Shown: positions 17,156 through 26,234 of the stretch, piece after piece | How the letters are laid out: every line of letters begins with the position of its first letter | Numbering within the stretch: the stretch's first letter is position 1 | Origin: an uncultured Lentisphaerota bacterium | GTDB taxonomy: Bacteria; Verrucomicrobiota; Kiritimatiellia; CAIQIC01 | Assembly: GCA_903896925.1 (NCBI GenBank) | Contig: CAITZM010000052.1 | Location: 75,375 to 139,374, forward strand | Reading direction: 5' to 3' | Length of the DNA stretch: 64,000 bases | Translations under genes and position numbers: made by a program | The notes under the pieces: generated by a model | The model's database searches: none | What the model was told of the DNA's origin: nothing | The model's input: the letters and a program-made list of their open reading frames with translations, nothing else

Positions 17156-18499
17156 TCAGGCGTTGCGTTTCTTCTTTTTCTTTTCCTTGCGCAGGGCCTT
17201 GTCTTTCGGCGTCGAGGGCGCGGCCAGCTGCGCGTTCCACTGGTCCCACTGGATTTGGAGTTCCTTCACCTTGTCGGGCTGGCTGGCAGCGAGGTCGTTT
17301 TTCTCGCCGACATCAGTGGCGAGATTGAACAGCTCGGGCGCGTGACCCGCTTCGCCGACGACGAGCTTCATATCGCCATTCCGGATCGCCCACATGCCGT
17401 CAATGCGCCAGCAGAGCGTCTCGTGCGGCCGGCCTTGCTTCGCGCCGGTCAGGAACGGGAGCAGATCCACGCCGTCGAGCTTCCAAGCCGGATCCACTGC
17501 GCCACCGGCGAGGTTCACGCATGTCGGCATCACGTCCAGCGTGCTCACGGGCAGATCGCTGACTTTCCCGGCAGCCAGCTTGCCCTTCCACTGCACCATC
17601 CACGGCAGGCGGAAGCCGCCCTCCCAGCAGGTGTGCTTGCTGCCGCGCAGGCCGCCGTTGCCGTCGCGACCGCCGGGCGCGCCGTTGTCGCTGACGAAGA
17701 AAATCAGCGTGTTCTCCTCCAGCTTCAGTTCGCGCAGCTTCGCCAGCACGACGCCGACGGCGTCATCGAGCGCGGAGAGCATGCCGTCGAAGTTGCGGCG
17801 CTTCGGGTCGCTGATGTGCTTGAAGCGTTGCAGGTATTTGTCCGTCGCCTCGTGCGGCGCGTGGACGGCGTTGAACGGCATGTAGAGGAACCAGGGGCCA
17901 TCCTTATGCTTCCCGATCCAGTCCGCAGCGCGCGCAGCGAAGGCGTCGGTGGTGTAGAAATCCTTGGGGGCCTGCTGCGGCTCGGCGGAGACGCGCGAAT
18001 CAATGAACCCCTTCGGGGTGAAGTAGGAACCGGGGTTGCCGAACACGCCAAAGTATTCGTCGAAGCCGCGCTTCATCGGGAGCTGGTCGGGTTCCTTGCC
18101 GAGATGCCATTTGCCGATGATGCCGGTCGCGTAGCCGAGCGCCTGCATGCGCTGGCCTAGCGTCGTCTCCGTCATCGGCAGGCAGCCGCCGGGCGCCATG
18201 TTGTTGTTCTCGTGGCCGAACCGCTGCTGGTAGCGGCCGGTCATCAGCCCTGCGCGCGATGGCGAGCAGAGCGGCGCCGCCACGTAGCCGCTGGTGAACC
18301 GGATGCCGTTGGCCGCGATCGAATCGATGTTCGGCGTCGGCACCTCCTTGAGCCCGTAGCAGCCCAGCTCGCCGTAGCCGAGATCGTCGGCGAAGAGAAA
18401 GAGGATGTTCGGCTTGGTGGCCGGCTTGGCGGTGTCGGCCGCGCACAGCGCGGCCAGCGGCATCAGCAGGGCGGCGAGGATGAGGTCGAGATGTTTCAT
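17156..18499 (-). CDS. S1-family sulfatase (CSPSR)
   Basis: ATG at 18499 verified. MKHLDLILAALLMPLAALCAAD; ILFLFADDLGYGELGCYG...TPNIDSIA...AAPLCSPSRAGLMTGRYQQR; Lys-rich C-terminus KEKKKKKRNA. Confidence 0.9.
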   Translation of the reverse strand: MKHLDLILAALLMPLAALCAADTAKPATKPNILFLFADDLGYGELGCYGLKEVPTPNIDSIAANGIRFTSGYVAAPLCSPSRAGLMTGRYQQRFGHENNNMAPGGCLPMTETTLGQRMQALGYATGIIGKWHLGKEPDQLPMKRGFDEYFGVFGNPGSYFTPKGFIDSRVSAEPQQAPKDFYTTDAFAARAADWIGKHKDGPWFLYMPFNAVHAPHEATDKYLQRFKHISDPKRRNFDGMLSALDDAVGVVLAKLRELKLEENTLIFFVSDNGAPGGRDGNGGLRGSKHTCWEGGFRLPWMVQWKGKLAAGKVSDLPVSTLDVMPTCVNLAGGAVDPAWKLDGVDLLPFLTGAKQGRPHETLCWRIDGMWAIRNGDMKLVVGEAGHAPELFNLATDVGEKNDLAASQPDKVKELQIQWDQWNAQLAAPSTPKDKALRKEKKKKKRNA

Positions 18500-18618
18500 G
18501 GCAGGATTCCTTGGGTTAGAGGTTTCTTCACGCCCTTGACTGGCTGTCGCTTGGGTCGATCGGTTTCACCGGGATGGATATACCACAAGCTGACGGTGTG
18601 CGCCGCCGTGAAAACGGC
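18496..18618 (-). pseudogene. relic of the 3' end of a sulfatase gene (paralogue of the C-terminus of the 21185..22696 sulfatase)
   Basis: The tail of track ORF 18496..18729 (AVFTAAHTVSLWYIHPGETDRPKRQPVKGVKKPLTQGILP*) aligns with the C-terminus of the 21185..22696 gene (ALFTAEHTDSVWYINLGEPDRPKRQKGKAGRKPVDQGIPP*). DNA 18496-18640 is ~75% identical to 21185-21330. There is no sulfatase body upstream; the hydrolase gene 18689.. sits there instead. Confidence 0.4.
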
Positions 18619-18688
18619 TTGGGCGTGAGCGCACCTGTCACCCGCAGCACGGCGCCAACTGCGTCTGGCATAAAGTGCTGATTGGTTG

Positions 18689-19594
18689 TCATTTGGCCTC
18701 GTGGCTCTGCGCTGTCTCCAGCAGGCCATGGCAGGTAAACCACTCCCGCATCAACCGATTGACCTCAGCGGCACGCTCGGTGGGCACGTTGTGGCCGACG
18801 CCTTCGAATACATGCCGTTCGTTAGGCACTTTGTTCTGGTCCAGCACCTGCTTGAACAATGCGGAGCTTTCGGGCGGCACCGTCTTATCCTGCGCCCCTT
18901 GGAGGATCAGAAACGGCACCCGCACCACGCCCGCCACGTTCGTCGTCGGCGCGGCCGCCGTCGAACCGGCCGCGATCTTCACGCCACCGGACGTGATCGC
19001 CGCGGCGGCCAGCCTGTCCGCTGCGGCTGCCGCCAGTGCCATGGTGACAAAGGCACCCATGCTATGGCCGTAGGCGGCGATGTGACGCACCTCCACGTCC
19101 TTCTGCTGGCAGAGGATTTCCAGGCACGCCAGCGCACGACGGATGTTTTCCGGACGGGCACCCGCCTGCGAAAAGTCGACCTCCGTAACACCTCTCCGCA
19201 CGCCGTCCGGGCCGCCAGCCAGACCTGGCCGCTGGCGCGAAGCGTCGCCCCCGCCTCGCCAGCCGCCCTGACCCGCGTGCGTGTAGTCCGTGGCGATGCA
19301 CACGAAGCCCCACTTGACCAGCTCCCGCCCCTTGCTCAGGGCGATACCTTGCGCGCTGCCGCCCAGTCCGTGACTGAGGATGATGGCCGGGAACGGCCCC
19401 CTGCCCTCGGGCCGGAGCAGGACGCCGGTCAAAGGCTTGCCATCGGCGCTGCAGGTCCACTGTTCGCCGTTTAGCCGTAAGTTCTCGATCCTGGGCCTTG
19501 GGGTGGCCGGCAGGGGATCGGGCTCTGCGGCAGCGTGCAGCGTTGCCAGTGGTGCCAGCAGCAGGGCGGCGAGTATCGTGAACGCAGATTTCAT
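18689..19594 (-). CDS. alpha/beta-hydrolase fold serine esterase (GHSMG nucleophile elbow), secreted
   Basis: ORF 18689..19651. ATG candidates at 19594 (MKSAFTILAALLLAPLATLHAAAEP, best signal peptide), 19612 and 19651. AAYGHSMGAFVT and HG/D/H catalytic-triad context. Confidence 0.75.
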   Translation of the reverse strand: MKSAFTILAALLLAPLATLHAAAEPDPLPATPRPRIENLRLNGEQWTCSADGKPLTGVLLRPEGRGPFPAIILSHGLGGSAQGIALSKGRELVKWGFVCIATDYTHAGQGGWRGGGDASRQRPGLAGGPDGVRRGVTEVDFSQAGARPENIRRALACLEILCQQKDVEVRHIAAYGHSMGAFVTMALAAAAADRLAAAAITSGGVKIAAGSTAAAPTTNVAGVVRVPFLILQGAQDKTVPPESSALFKQVLDQNKVPNERHVFEGVGHNVPTERAAEVNRLMREWFTCHGLLETAQSHEAK

Positions 19595-19739
19595 GAGCGT
19601 TGCGTTTGTCATCTTTGCTCCGTCAATCCCAACCCTTGAATAACGTTGCATCAGGCGGTTCCAGTGTTTGGAATTTTTTGGTTCAAACGGCAGCGCTGGT
19701 AATAAGGTTGGCGGGCCAGCCAGGGCATGGTGTTTTGTT

Positions 19740-21188
19740 TTACAGCCTGGGCCGTGTGCGGCCGTCGGCGCGGGCCGTGTCGAGGTCGGCCGCCAGTTGC
19801 TTCACGATGTCGGGTTTCCCTTGGGCGAGGTTGTTGGTTTCGCCTGGATCGGCAGACAGATCAAAGAGTTGGTGGACTTTGCCGGCCCGGCCGTTCCCGG
19901 TCTCGATCAGCTTCCACGAACCGGAACGGACGGCCATGGCGTTATCAGCCGTGTCGCCTTGGATGAAGGTGACTTTGCGGAGTGGCGCAGTGGGCTGTTT
20001 ATCGAGCAGGACGGGCAGGATGCTGAAGGAATCCTCGCCCGCGTCGTCCGGCAGTTTGACCTCAAGGATATCGGCGGCGGTGGCGAGCAGGTCGGTCAGA
20101 CAGATCGTGTGGGTGGAGGCGGCGGCGGCCGCAATCCGGCCGGGCCAGCGTGCGATGAACGGCACCCGATGCCCACCCTCATAGGGAGAACCTTTGCCAT
20201 CGTGCCACGGACCGTTGGTGATATGCCCCATGGCGCGGGCCGTCTCCTTCGCGGTCTTGAATTTTTCACGGACGCCGCCGATCTCGCTAGCGAGATTGAG
20301 TTCGGCGTTCTGGGTGCCCTTGAAGTCCTTGGGTGTACTGCCGTTGTCGCTGGTGAAAACCACCAGCGTCTTCCCGGTCAACTTGAGTTCATCGAGCGCG
20401 TCGAGAATCTCGCCCACATGGGCATCCAATTCCTGGATGTGATCCCCGAGCACGCCGGCCTGACTCGTGCCGCGGAATTTGGCCGCCGGCGTGACGTGGG
20501 TGTGAGGAGCGCAGGGGGTGAAGTAGAGGAAGAAGGGACGCGCGGCGTGGTCGCGGATGAAGCCCACGGCCTTGGCGGTCAGGGTCGTGTCCACCTGATC
20601 CTCCACGCGGGGCTGCGCGAGGCCTTCAGGAAAACTTTTCCCCTTCACGGTTCGAAAGGCTTCGCCCGGCTTGCGTCCGACGATATCGTGATTCTCGATG
20701 AAGCAGCGGGTGGAGTCATTGTGGTTTTGCGGCACGCCGAAATGGTAATCAAACCCCACCTCCAGCGGTCCCGTGATGGGCGGCGTGTTCCAATCCTTGC
20801 TGTAGCCGAGGTGCCATTTGCCGATGGCGGCTGAACGATACCCTTGAGCCCTGAGGAGCGAGGCCAGGGTCATGCGGCCGGGTTCGAGGCTGTAATCATT
20901 GCCCTTGCGATGGAGACGCCACGGGGAGCGTCCCGTCATCAGGCCGTAGCGCGATGGTGAACAGACCGAGGCGGCCGTGTGCGCGTCGGTGAAGCGCATG
21001 CCTTCGCGCGCCAGCCGGTCGATGTTCGGCGTCTTGATTTTCGTGGCGCCGAAGCAGCCGACATCGCCGTAGCCGAGATCATCGGCGAGGATGATGACGA
21101 TGTTCGGCTTCGACACATCGGCGGCGCACAGTGCAGCCGGCGGGGCGAGCAGCAGGGCAGCGAGGGTGAGGGCGATATTTTTCATCAT
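19740..21188 (-). CDS. S1-family sulfatase (CSPSR)
   Basis: ORF 19740..21275; ATG at 21188 (MMKNIALTLAALLLAPPAALCAADV), ATGA overlap with the upstream stop. IVIILADDLGYGDVGCFG...TPNIDRLA...AASVCSPSRYGLMTGR. Confidence 0.9.
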   Translation of the reverse strand: MMKNIALTLAALLLAPPAALCAADVSKPNIVIILADDLGYGDVGCFGATKIKTPNIDRLAREGMRFTDAHTAASVCSPSRYGLMTGRSPWRLHRKGNDYSLEPGRMTLASLLRAQGYRSAAIGKWHLGYSKDWNTPPITGPLEVGFDYHFGVPQNHNDSTRCFIENHDIVGRKPGEAFRTVKGKSFPEGLAQPRVEDQVDTTLTAKAVGFIRDHAARPFFLYFTPCAPHTHVTPAAKFRGTSQAGVLGDHIQELDAHVGEILDALDELKLTGKTLVVFTSDNGSTPKDFKGTQNAELNLASEIGGVREKFKTAKETARAMGHITNGPWHDGKGSPYEGGHRVPFIARWPGRIAAAAASTHTICLTDLLATAADILEVKLPDDAGEDSFSILPVLLDKQPTAPLRKVTFIQGDTADNAMAVRSGSWKLIETGNGRAGKVHQLFDLSADPGETNNLAQGKPDIVKQLAADLDTARADGRTRPRL

Positions 21189-22696
21189 GGCGGGATTCCT
21201 TGGTCTACAGGTTTCCTCCCGGCCTTGCCTTTCTGTCGCTTGGGCCGGTCGGGTTCGCCGAGGTTGATATACCACACACTATCGGTGTGTTCCGCAGTAA
21301 AGAGGGCTTGGGCGCGAGTGGCCGCTTCGGGTTGTTGGGCGGCCACATCGCGGGTGCAGCCGGGGTCTTGCTCGACATCGAAAACATGGAGCTGTTTCTC
21401 CGGGTGCTCGCGCATGACATACCACGGGCCGAACCGCACCGCCTGACCGTGCGGGAGCTGGGAGCCGTTCTCCCAGTAGAGGTGGTCGTGCTTTTTTTGC
21501 TGACCGGGCTTGCCGAGCAGCTCCGGGGCGAAGCTGATGCCATCGGTCGGTGGCGATGGGATGCCCGCCAGCTCGGCCAACGTCGGCAGCACATCGTATA
21601 AGGCGCAGACGTGACGGCTCTCGCGAGCCGGAATATGCCCTGGCCAGGCCGCGAAAAACGGGATGCGGCAACCGCCTTCAAAGAGAGCAAACTTGCCGCC
21701 GGGCCACGGGCCCTTGTTCTTGAACAACGGGTCTTCCGTCCACTTCGGCCGGGCGAAGTAGCCCCATTGGCTGTAACCGTTATCGCTAGCGAAGAGGATC
21801 AAGGTTTTCTCTTCCAACTTCAGCTCGCGCAACAGGGCGAGGAGTTCACCAACACAGGCGTCAAGCCGGGTGACCATGGCAGCCCACTCCTTGTTCTTCA
21901 GCGGCCAGTCCTGGTCCTTGTAAGCGCCCAGGTTGGGGGTCACCACCGGTCCATGCGGAAGCTGTGTGGCGTAGTAGAGGAAGAACGGCTTGTCCTTGCT
22001 GCGCCGGATGAAATCGAGACCGGCAGCATGGATGAGGGTCTGCGAGTTCTTGGCCTTGGCGGGGTCGGCAACGCCCGGCGCGAGGAAGTTGCCCTGCGCA
22101 TCGTAGCGATTGCGGTCCGCCTTCGTGTGGGCATAGAGCGCTGCCATGTCGAAGCCCTGATTGTCGGCCAGTTTGACCTCGTGGTCGTTTTCCTCCAGAA
22201 AATCGGGATAGTAGGAGTGCGCGCGGCCTTGGTCATAAAACCCGAACGAGTAATCAAACCCCTGCCGAAACGGTGCGCCTTCGTCCTTCATCTTGCCCAT
22301 GCCCCACTTGCCCACAAAACCTGTGGTGTAGCCCGCCGGCTTGAGCAACTCAGCCAGCGTGACATCCTCGCTTCGCAAATACCCGCCTCCCATTTTCGCG
22401 CCGTTGGCGCGGATGCGACAGTGCCCCATGTGCAGGCCCGTCATCAGGCTGGCCCGCGACGGCGCACATTCTGGCGCGCCAGCATAAGCCTGGGTGAACC
22501 GTATTCCGCTGGCAGCGAGCCGGTCAATGTTTGGCGTGGCGATGAGCTTCTGCCCGGTGTAGCCGAGGTCGCCGTAGCTGAGATCGTCGGCGAGGATGAT
22601 GACAATGTTGGGCTTTGTCACATCGGCGGCGCGCAGCGCAGCCAGCGGCGCCAGCAGCAGGGCTGCGATGAGGTTAAGGGTGGGGTTCATGATCAT
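21185..22696 (-). CDS. S1-family sulfatase (CAPSR)
   Basis: ATG at 22696 verified (MIMNPTLNLIAALLLAPLAALRAADV). IVIILADDLSYGDLGYTG...TPNIDRLA...[20 protein letters not shown]. Confidence 0.9.
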   Translation of the reverse strand: MIMNPTLNLIAALLLAPLAALRAADVTKPNIVIILADDLSYGDLGYTGQKLIATPNIDRLAASGIRFTQAYAGAPECAPSRASLMTGLHMGHCRIRANGAKMGGGYLRSEDVTLAELLKPAGYTTGFVGKWGMGKMKDEGAPFRQGFDYSFGFYDQGRAHSYYPDFLEENDHEVKLADNQGFDMAALYAHTKADRNRYDAQGNFLAPGVADPAKAKNSQTLIHAAGLDFIRRSKDKPFFLYYATQLPHGPVVTPNLGAYKDQDWPLKNKEWAAMVTRLDACVGELLALLRELKLEEKTLILFASDNGYSQWGYFARPKWTEDPLFKNKGPWPGGKFALFEGGCRIPFFAAWPGHIPARESRHVCALYDVLPTLAELAGIPSPPTDGISFAPELLGKPGQQKKHDHLYWENGSQLPHGQAVRFGPWYVMREHPEKQLHVFDVEQDPGCTRDVAAQQPEAATRAQALFTAEHTDSVWYINLGEPDRPKRQKGKAGRKPVDQGIPP

Positions 22697-22710
22697 TACT
22701 CGTGAACGTG

Positions 22711-24711
22711 CTACTCCAGTCCTGGTGCCCGCAGTTCCCGCAGCGTCCGGCCACTGAGCGGGGTATCCGGGTGCAGGCCCATGATGCGCTTGTGGCGTTC
22801 GGAGTCGTCACCGCCAGCGGGCGCTCGGAACACGGGCTGCCAGTTGATGGCGAAAGCGGGGAAGGCCTTCTGCATCTGCCCGACGCGCTCCCAGTTGGCC
22901 AGCACGTTGGCCTTGGCCTCCGCATCCTTGCCTTTGCTGGCTTCGAGCTTTTGCATCCCGGCGCGGGTTTCGACGACGAGCTTCGTGTAATCAAGCCCGC
23001 ACTGGATGAAGTGCAGACGACGGCGGTATGTCTCGCCGGCGGCTTTGAGTTTCGCGGCAGCAGCATCGAGCTGCGACTGCGCCTTCGCGAACAGTTCCGG
23101 GGTGTATTTCTTCGGCACATCAAAGGCGCGATGGCGGCTGGGTTCCTCGGCCACGAACTCCATGCGCGTGCGCTCCAGCAATTGCCAGTAGGCTTTCACG
23201 TCGGCTGCGGCAGGGCCGAAGCCGCGCTGGTAAAAGTCATCCATGAGCGCTGCGACGTCGGTTTGCGGATTCCACGCCAGATGCGCCAGCGCGTAGTAAT
23301 GCGGCCCCTGCGTGGCCCAGTGCAGCCAGAACAAATCAAAGAAGAGTCCGAGGCAGTGCGTGTCGGCTGCAAAGCGGAAGTCCTCGCCCGCCTGGGTCAT
23401 CGCCACGTCGGGCATGCCCCAGCTCAGGCCGGCCTGGCTGCCGAGATTGGGCCGCCACATGAGGTGTTTGGCCACCTTGGCCCAGCCGGCATGCTGCTGC
23501 ATCGGGAGCTTGCGATCCGCCGGCGAGCGCAGATGGAAGTTCGCCACGCTGGAGATGATGACGTTGTTGTCCGGCACGACGCCGAGCGGCGGATGGCGGG
23601 CGAGACCGTAGGCATTCAGCAACACAAACAGCTCGCGATCCGGAAAACGCTCCTTCAGCATGCGCGCCAGCGTGTTGGCAAAGCGCACATCGCGATCCGT
23701 CTGTGACACGCCCTGGATCTTCACGCCGCCGCCGAAGCCCCACTCCACCTTCTCGCCCTTGGGGTGATCCCAGGCGAGGCAGTTCGCGCAGGTGCAGTGG
23801 CCGCTGGTGTAGCCGTCGTTGGGCGAGACGTTGATCACGCGCAGCAGCGGGTCGGCGCGGACCTTCGCCGAGGTGTCCTCCAGCCATTGCTGCCACACCT
23901 TCGGGTTCGAGGCGCAGAGCTTCGTGTTGCTCGCCTTCGGCTTCACCGCCTTGCGACTGCCATCCGGCGCGGCGGCAAAGTAGACGGGATGCTCCGCGCC
24001 ATACTTCTCCCACCAGTCGCCAAAACCATGCCCGCCGCTCATGTCCATCGAATCGAGCTGCACGCGCTGAAACCGCGCCCAGAGTTCCTCCCCGGTTTCC
24101 TTGTTGTCGCCCAGCGAGGCCTTCACCAACATCCCGCCGCGCGCGCGAATCTGCGGATGATACCGCCGTTCTATCGGCGCGATGGCGATGCGCTCGCTCT
24201 GGATGACATCCTCCTCTTCCGGCCACAGCCAGCGCACACCGAGCTGCTCCTGCAAAAAGGAATACACGGCGTTCGCCGTGCCGTATTCCTGCTGGAGGCC
24301 CGTCTTCATCGCCAGCCGCCCCTTCGCCTCCATGTGCGCCGGGTTCCACCGGTCCCGCCCCGCGATGACGAGATATTTTTCGTCCGCCACGAGGAGCGTC
24401 TCTTCGGCGTGCTTGAAAGCGAAGTCCGTCTTCGGGAACAGCGTCCTCACCGCCGGCTGCACGCCGACCCAGATCGCGCGCTCCGGCATCGGACTCGGCT
24501 CGCCATCCACGACCGGAGGTTTCTGCCCGCTGATCTTCCCGATGTAATCAGCGAGCATCACCGCCGCATCGCGTGTGCGTGGCGGCGCATCCTTGAAAAT
24601 GATGATGGGCACGGGAGGCGTATCTTTGCCGACGATGATGAAGTCGGCGGCGCGCACCGCGTTCAGCGGAGCCAGCAGCAGGGTGAAAGTGAGGGTGATG
24701 GCATGTTTCAT
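22711..24711 (-). CDS. DUF4838-like putative glycoside hydrolase (GH20b/GH67N-like N-domain + TIM barrel), secreted
   Basis: ATG at 24711 verified. MKHAITLTFTLLLAPLNAVRAADF, then FIIVGKDTPPVPIIIFKDAPPRTRDAAVMLADYIGKISG, typical of DUF4838 proteins in polysaccharide utilisation loci; 666 aa. Confidence 0.7.
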   Translation of the reverse strand: MKHAITLTFTLLLAPLNAVRAADFIIVGKDTPPVPIIIFKDAPPRTRDAAVMLADYIGKISGQKPPVVDGEPSPMPERAIWVGVQPAVRTLFPKTDFAFKHAEETLLVADEKYLVIAGRDRWNPAHMEAKGRLAMKTGLQQEYGTANAVYSFLQEQLGVRWLWPEEEDVIQSERIAIAPIERRYHPQIRARGGMLVKASLGDNKETGEELWARFQRVQLDSMDMSGGHGFGDWWEKYGAEHPVYFAAAPDGSRKAVKPKASNTKLCASNPKVWQQWLEDTSAKVRADPLLRVINVSPNDGYTSGHCTCANCLAWDHPKGEKVEWGFGGGVKIQGVSQTDRDVRFANTLARMLKERFPDRELFVLLNAYGLARHPPLGVVPDNNVIISSVANFHLRSPADRKLPMQQHAGWAKVAKHLMWRPNLGSQAGLSWGMPDVAMTQAGEDFRFAADTHCLGLFFDLFWLHWATQGPHYYALAHLAWNPQTDVAALMDDFYQRGFGPAAADVKAYWQLLERTRMEFVAEEPSRHRAFDVPKKYTPELFAKAQSQLDAAAAKLKAAGETYRRRLHFIQCGLDYTKLVVETRAGMQKLEASKGKDAEAKANVLANWERVGQMQKAFPAFAINWQPVFRAPAGGDDSERHKRIMGLHPDTPLSGRTLRELRAPGLE

Positions 24712-26234
24712 GGCCGGCTCCTCCCGCGCGCGATGTCGGCCTTCAGCGCGGCGAAGAGTTCCCGTGCTTTGGCCGGTTCTTGCGCGAAGAGGTTCGTGGC
24801 CTCGCCGGGATCGGTGCGGAGATTATAGAGCTGGAACTTGTCGGTCGGACCCTTGCCCGCCGTTTCGACGAGGTGATCGGGCGTGATGGTGCCATCCTTC
24901 ACGGCATAGACCCACGAGGGCAGGATGAGTTTCCAATCGCCTGCGCGGATCGCGAGCGTGTAGGAACCGTAGTTCACATGCACCAGGCCGGCACGGATGG
25001 GCGCCGCGGGTTTCTCGCCGCGCAGCAGCGGTGAGAGGTCGAAGCTGTCCTCGCCGGCATCGCGCGGAAGTTTTTCACCGAGCAGCGCAGCCAGCGTCGC
25101 CATGAGGTCGGTGAAGCAAAGCAACTCGTCGCACGTGCTACCCGCCTTGATCCTGCCCGGCCAGCTCGCGATGAACGGCATGTGATGGCCCCCTTCGGTG
25201 AGATCGCCTTTCATGCCCTTCCACGGACCGGCGGCGCGGTGAGCGAACTTCTCGATGTCCTGCGGATACCAGACGGGGCCGTTGTCGCTGGAGAAAAAGA
25301 TGAGCGTGTTGTCTTTGAGCTTCAGCTTTTCCAAGGTCGCCAGCATCTGTCCGATCATCGCATCCACGTTCATGACGTAGTCGCCGTATTGGCCCGCGCC
25401 ACTCTTGCCCTTGAACTCGTTAGCGGTCGCCCACGGCGCATGGGGCGCGGGGATGGCGTAGTAGAGGAAGAACGGTGCACCGCTGCCACCCCCCGCGTGT
25501 TGCGTGAGCCACGCATCGGCCTTCCCCGCGATGGTGGCAAGGTAGCCCTCGAACTTCCAGCCCGGTGCCGCCAAGCCTTTGCGCCAATGCGCGCCTTGCG
25601 TCTCGGGATTCGTCACGCCTGCGCCCGGATGATCCTCGATGGTCTCCGTCGGAGCGCTGACGAAGCGCTTGTTCTCGATGAACGCATAGGGCCCCTGCTC
25701 CGGCGCATCGAAGCCGTAGTAATAGTCGAAGCCAGCGTCCACCGGCGTGGTCTTGAGGGTGCCATCCGCCTGTGCGGTCGCCGACATGCCCTGATGCCAT
25801 TTGCCGACGCAGGCTGTTGCATAGCCCTGCCGTTTCAGCAGGGTCGCGAGGTTCAAGCGCTGCGGCTCCGACTGGAGCATCGGTGGCGGGAAATGCAGCA
25901 GTTCGTGGCCGTTGCGGGTCGCTGGCTTGGCGTCTTTGGAGTTCCACGTGCGATAGGGCATCCGCCCCGTGAGCAGGCCATAGCGGCTCGGCACGCAGAT
26001 GGAACCGGGCGCGTGTGCAGCGGTGAAGCGCATCCCGTCCGCGGCGAGCCGATCAAGGTGCGGCGTTGCGATCTTCGACTGCGGATTGAAGCACTGCGGA
26101 TCGCCATAGCCCATGTCGTCGACGAGCAGAATGAGGACGTTGGGTTTGCCGGCAGCCTTCGGCACCTCGGCAGCGTGGAGCGCGGCCAGCGGCGCCAGCA
26201 GCAGGGCGGCGATGAGCGTGAGGGTGTGTTTCAT
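24708..26234 (-). CDS. S1-family sulfatase (CVPSR)
   Basis: ORF 24708..26999; ATG at 26234 verified (MKHTLTLIAALLLAPLAALHAAEV). ATGA overlaps at both ends. VLILLVDDMGYGDPQCFN...TPHLDRLA...GSICVPSRYGLLTGR. Confidence 0.85.
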   Translation of the reverse strand: MKHTLTLIAALLLAPLAALHAAEVPKAAGKPNVLILLVDDMGYGDPQCFNPQSKIATPHLDRLAADGMRFTAAHAPGSICVPSRYGLLTGRMPYRTWNSKDAKPATRNGHELLHFPPPMLQSEPQRLNLATLLKRQGYATACVGKWHQGMSATAQADGTLKTTPVDAGFDYYYGFDAPEQGPYAFIENKRFVSAPTETIEDHPGAGVTNPETQGAHWRKGLAAPGWKFEGYLATIAGKADAWLTQHAGGGSGAPFFLYYAIPAPHAPWATANEFKGKSGAGQYGDYVMNVDAMIGQMLATLEKLKLKDNTLIFFSSDNGPVWYPQDIEKFAHRAAGPWKGMKGDLTEGGHHMPFIASWPGRIKAGSTCDELLCFTDLMATLAALLGEKLPRDAGEDSFDLSPLLRGEKPAAPIRAGLVHVNYGSYTLAIRAGDWKLILPSWVYAVKDGTITPDHLVETAGKGPTDKFQLYNLRTDPGEATNLFAQEPAKARELFAALKADIARGRSRP

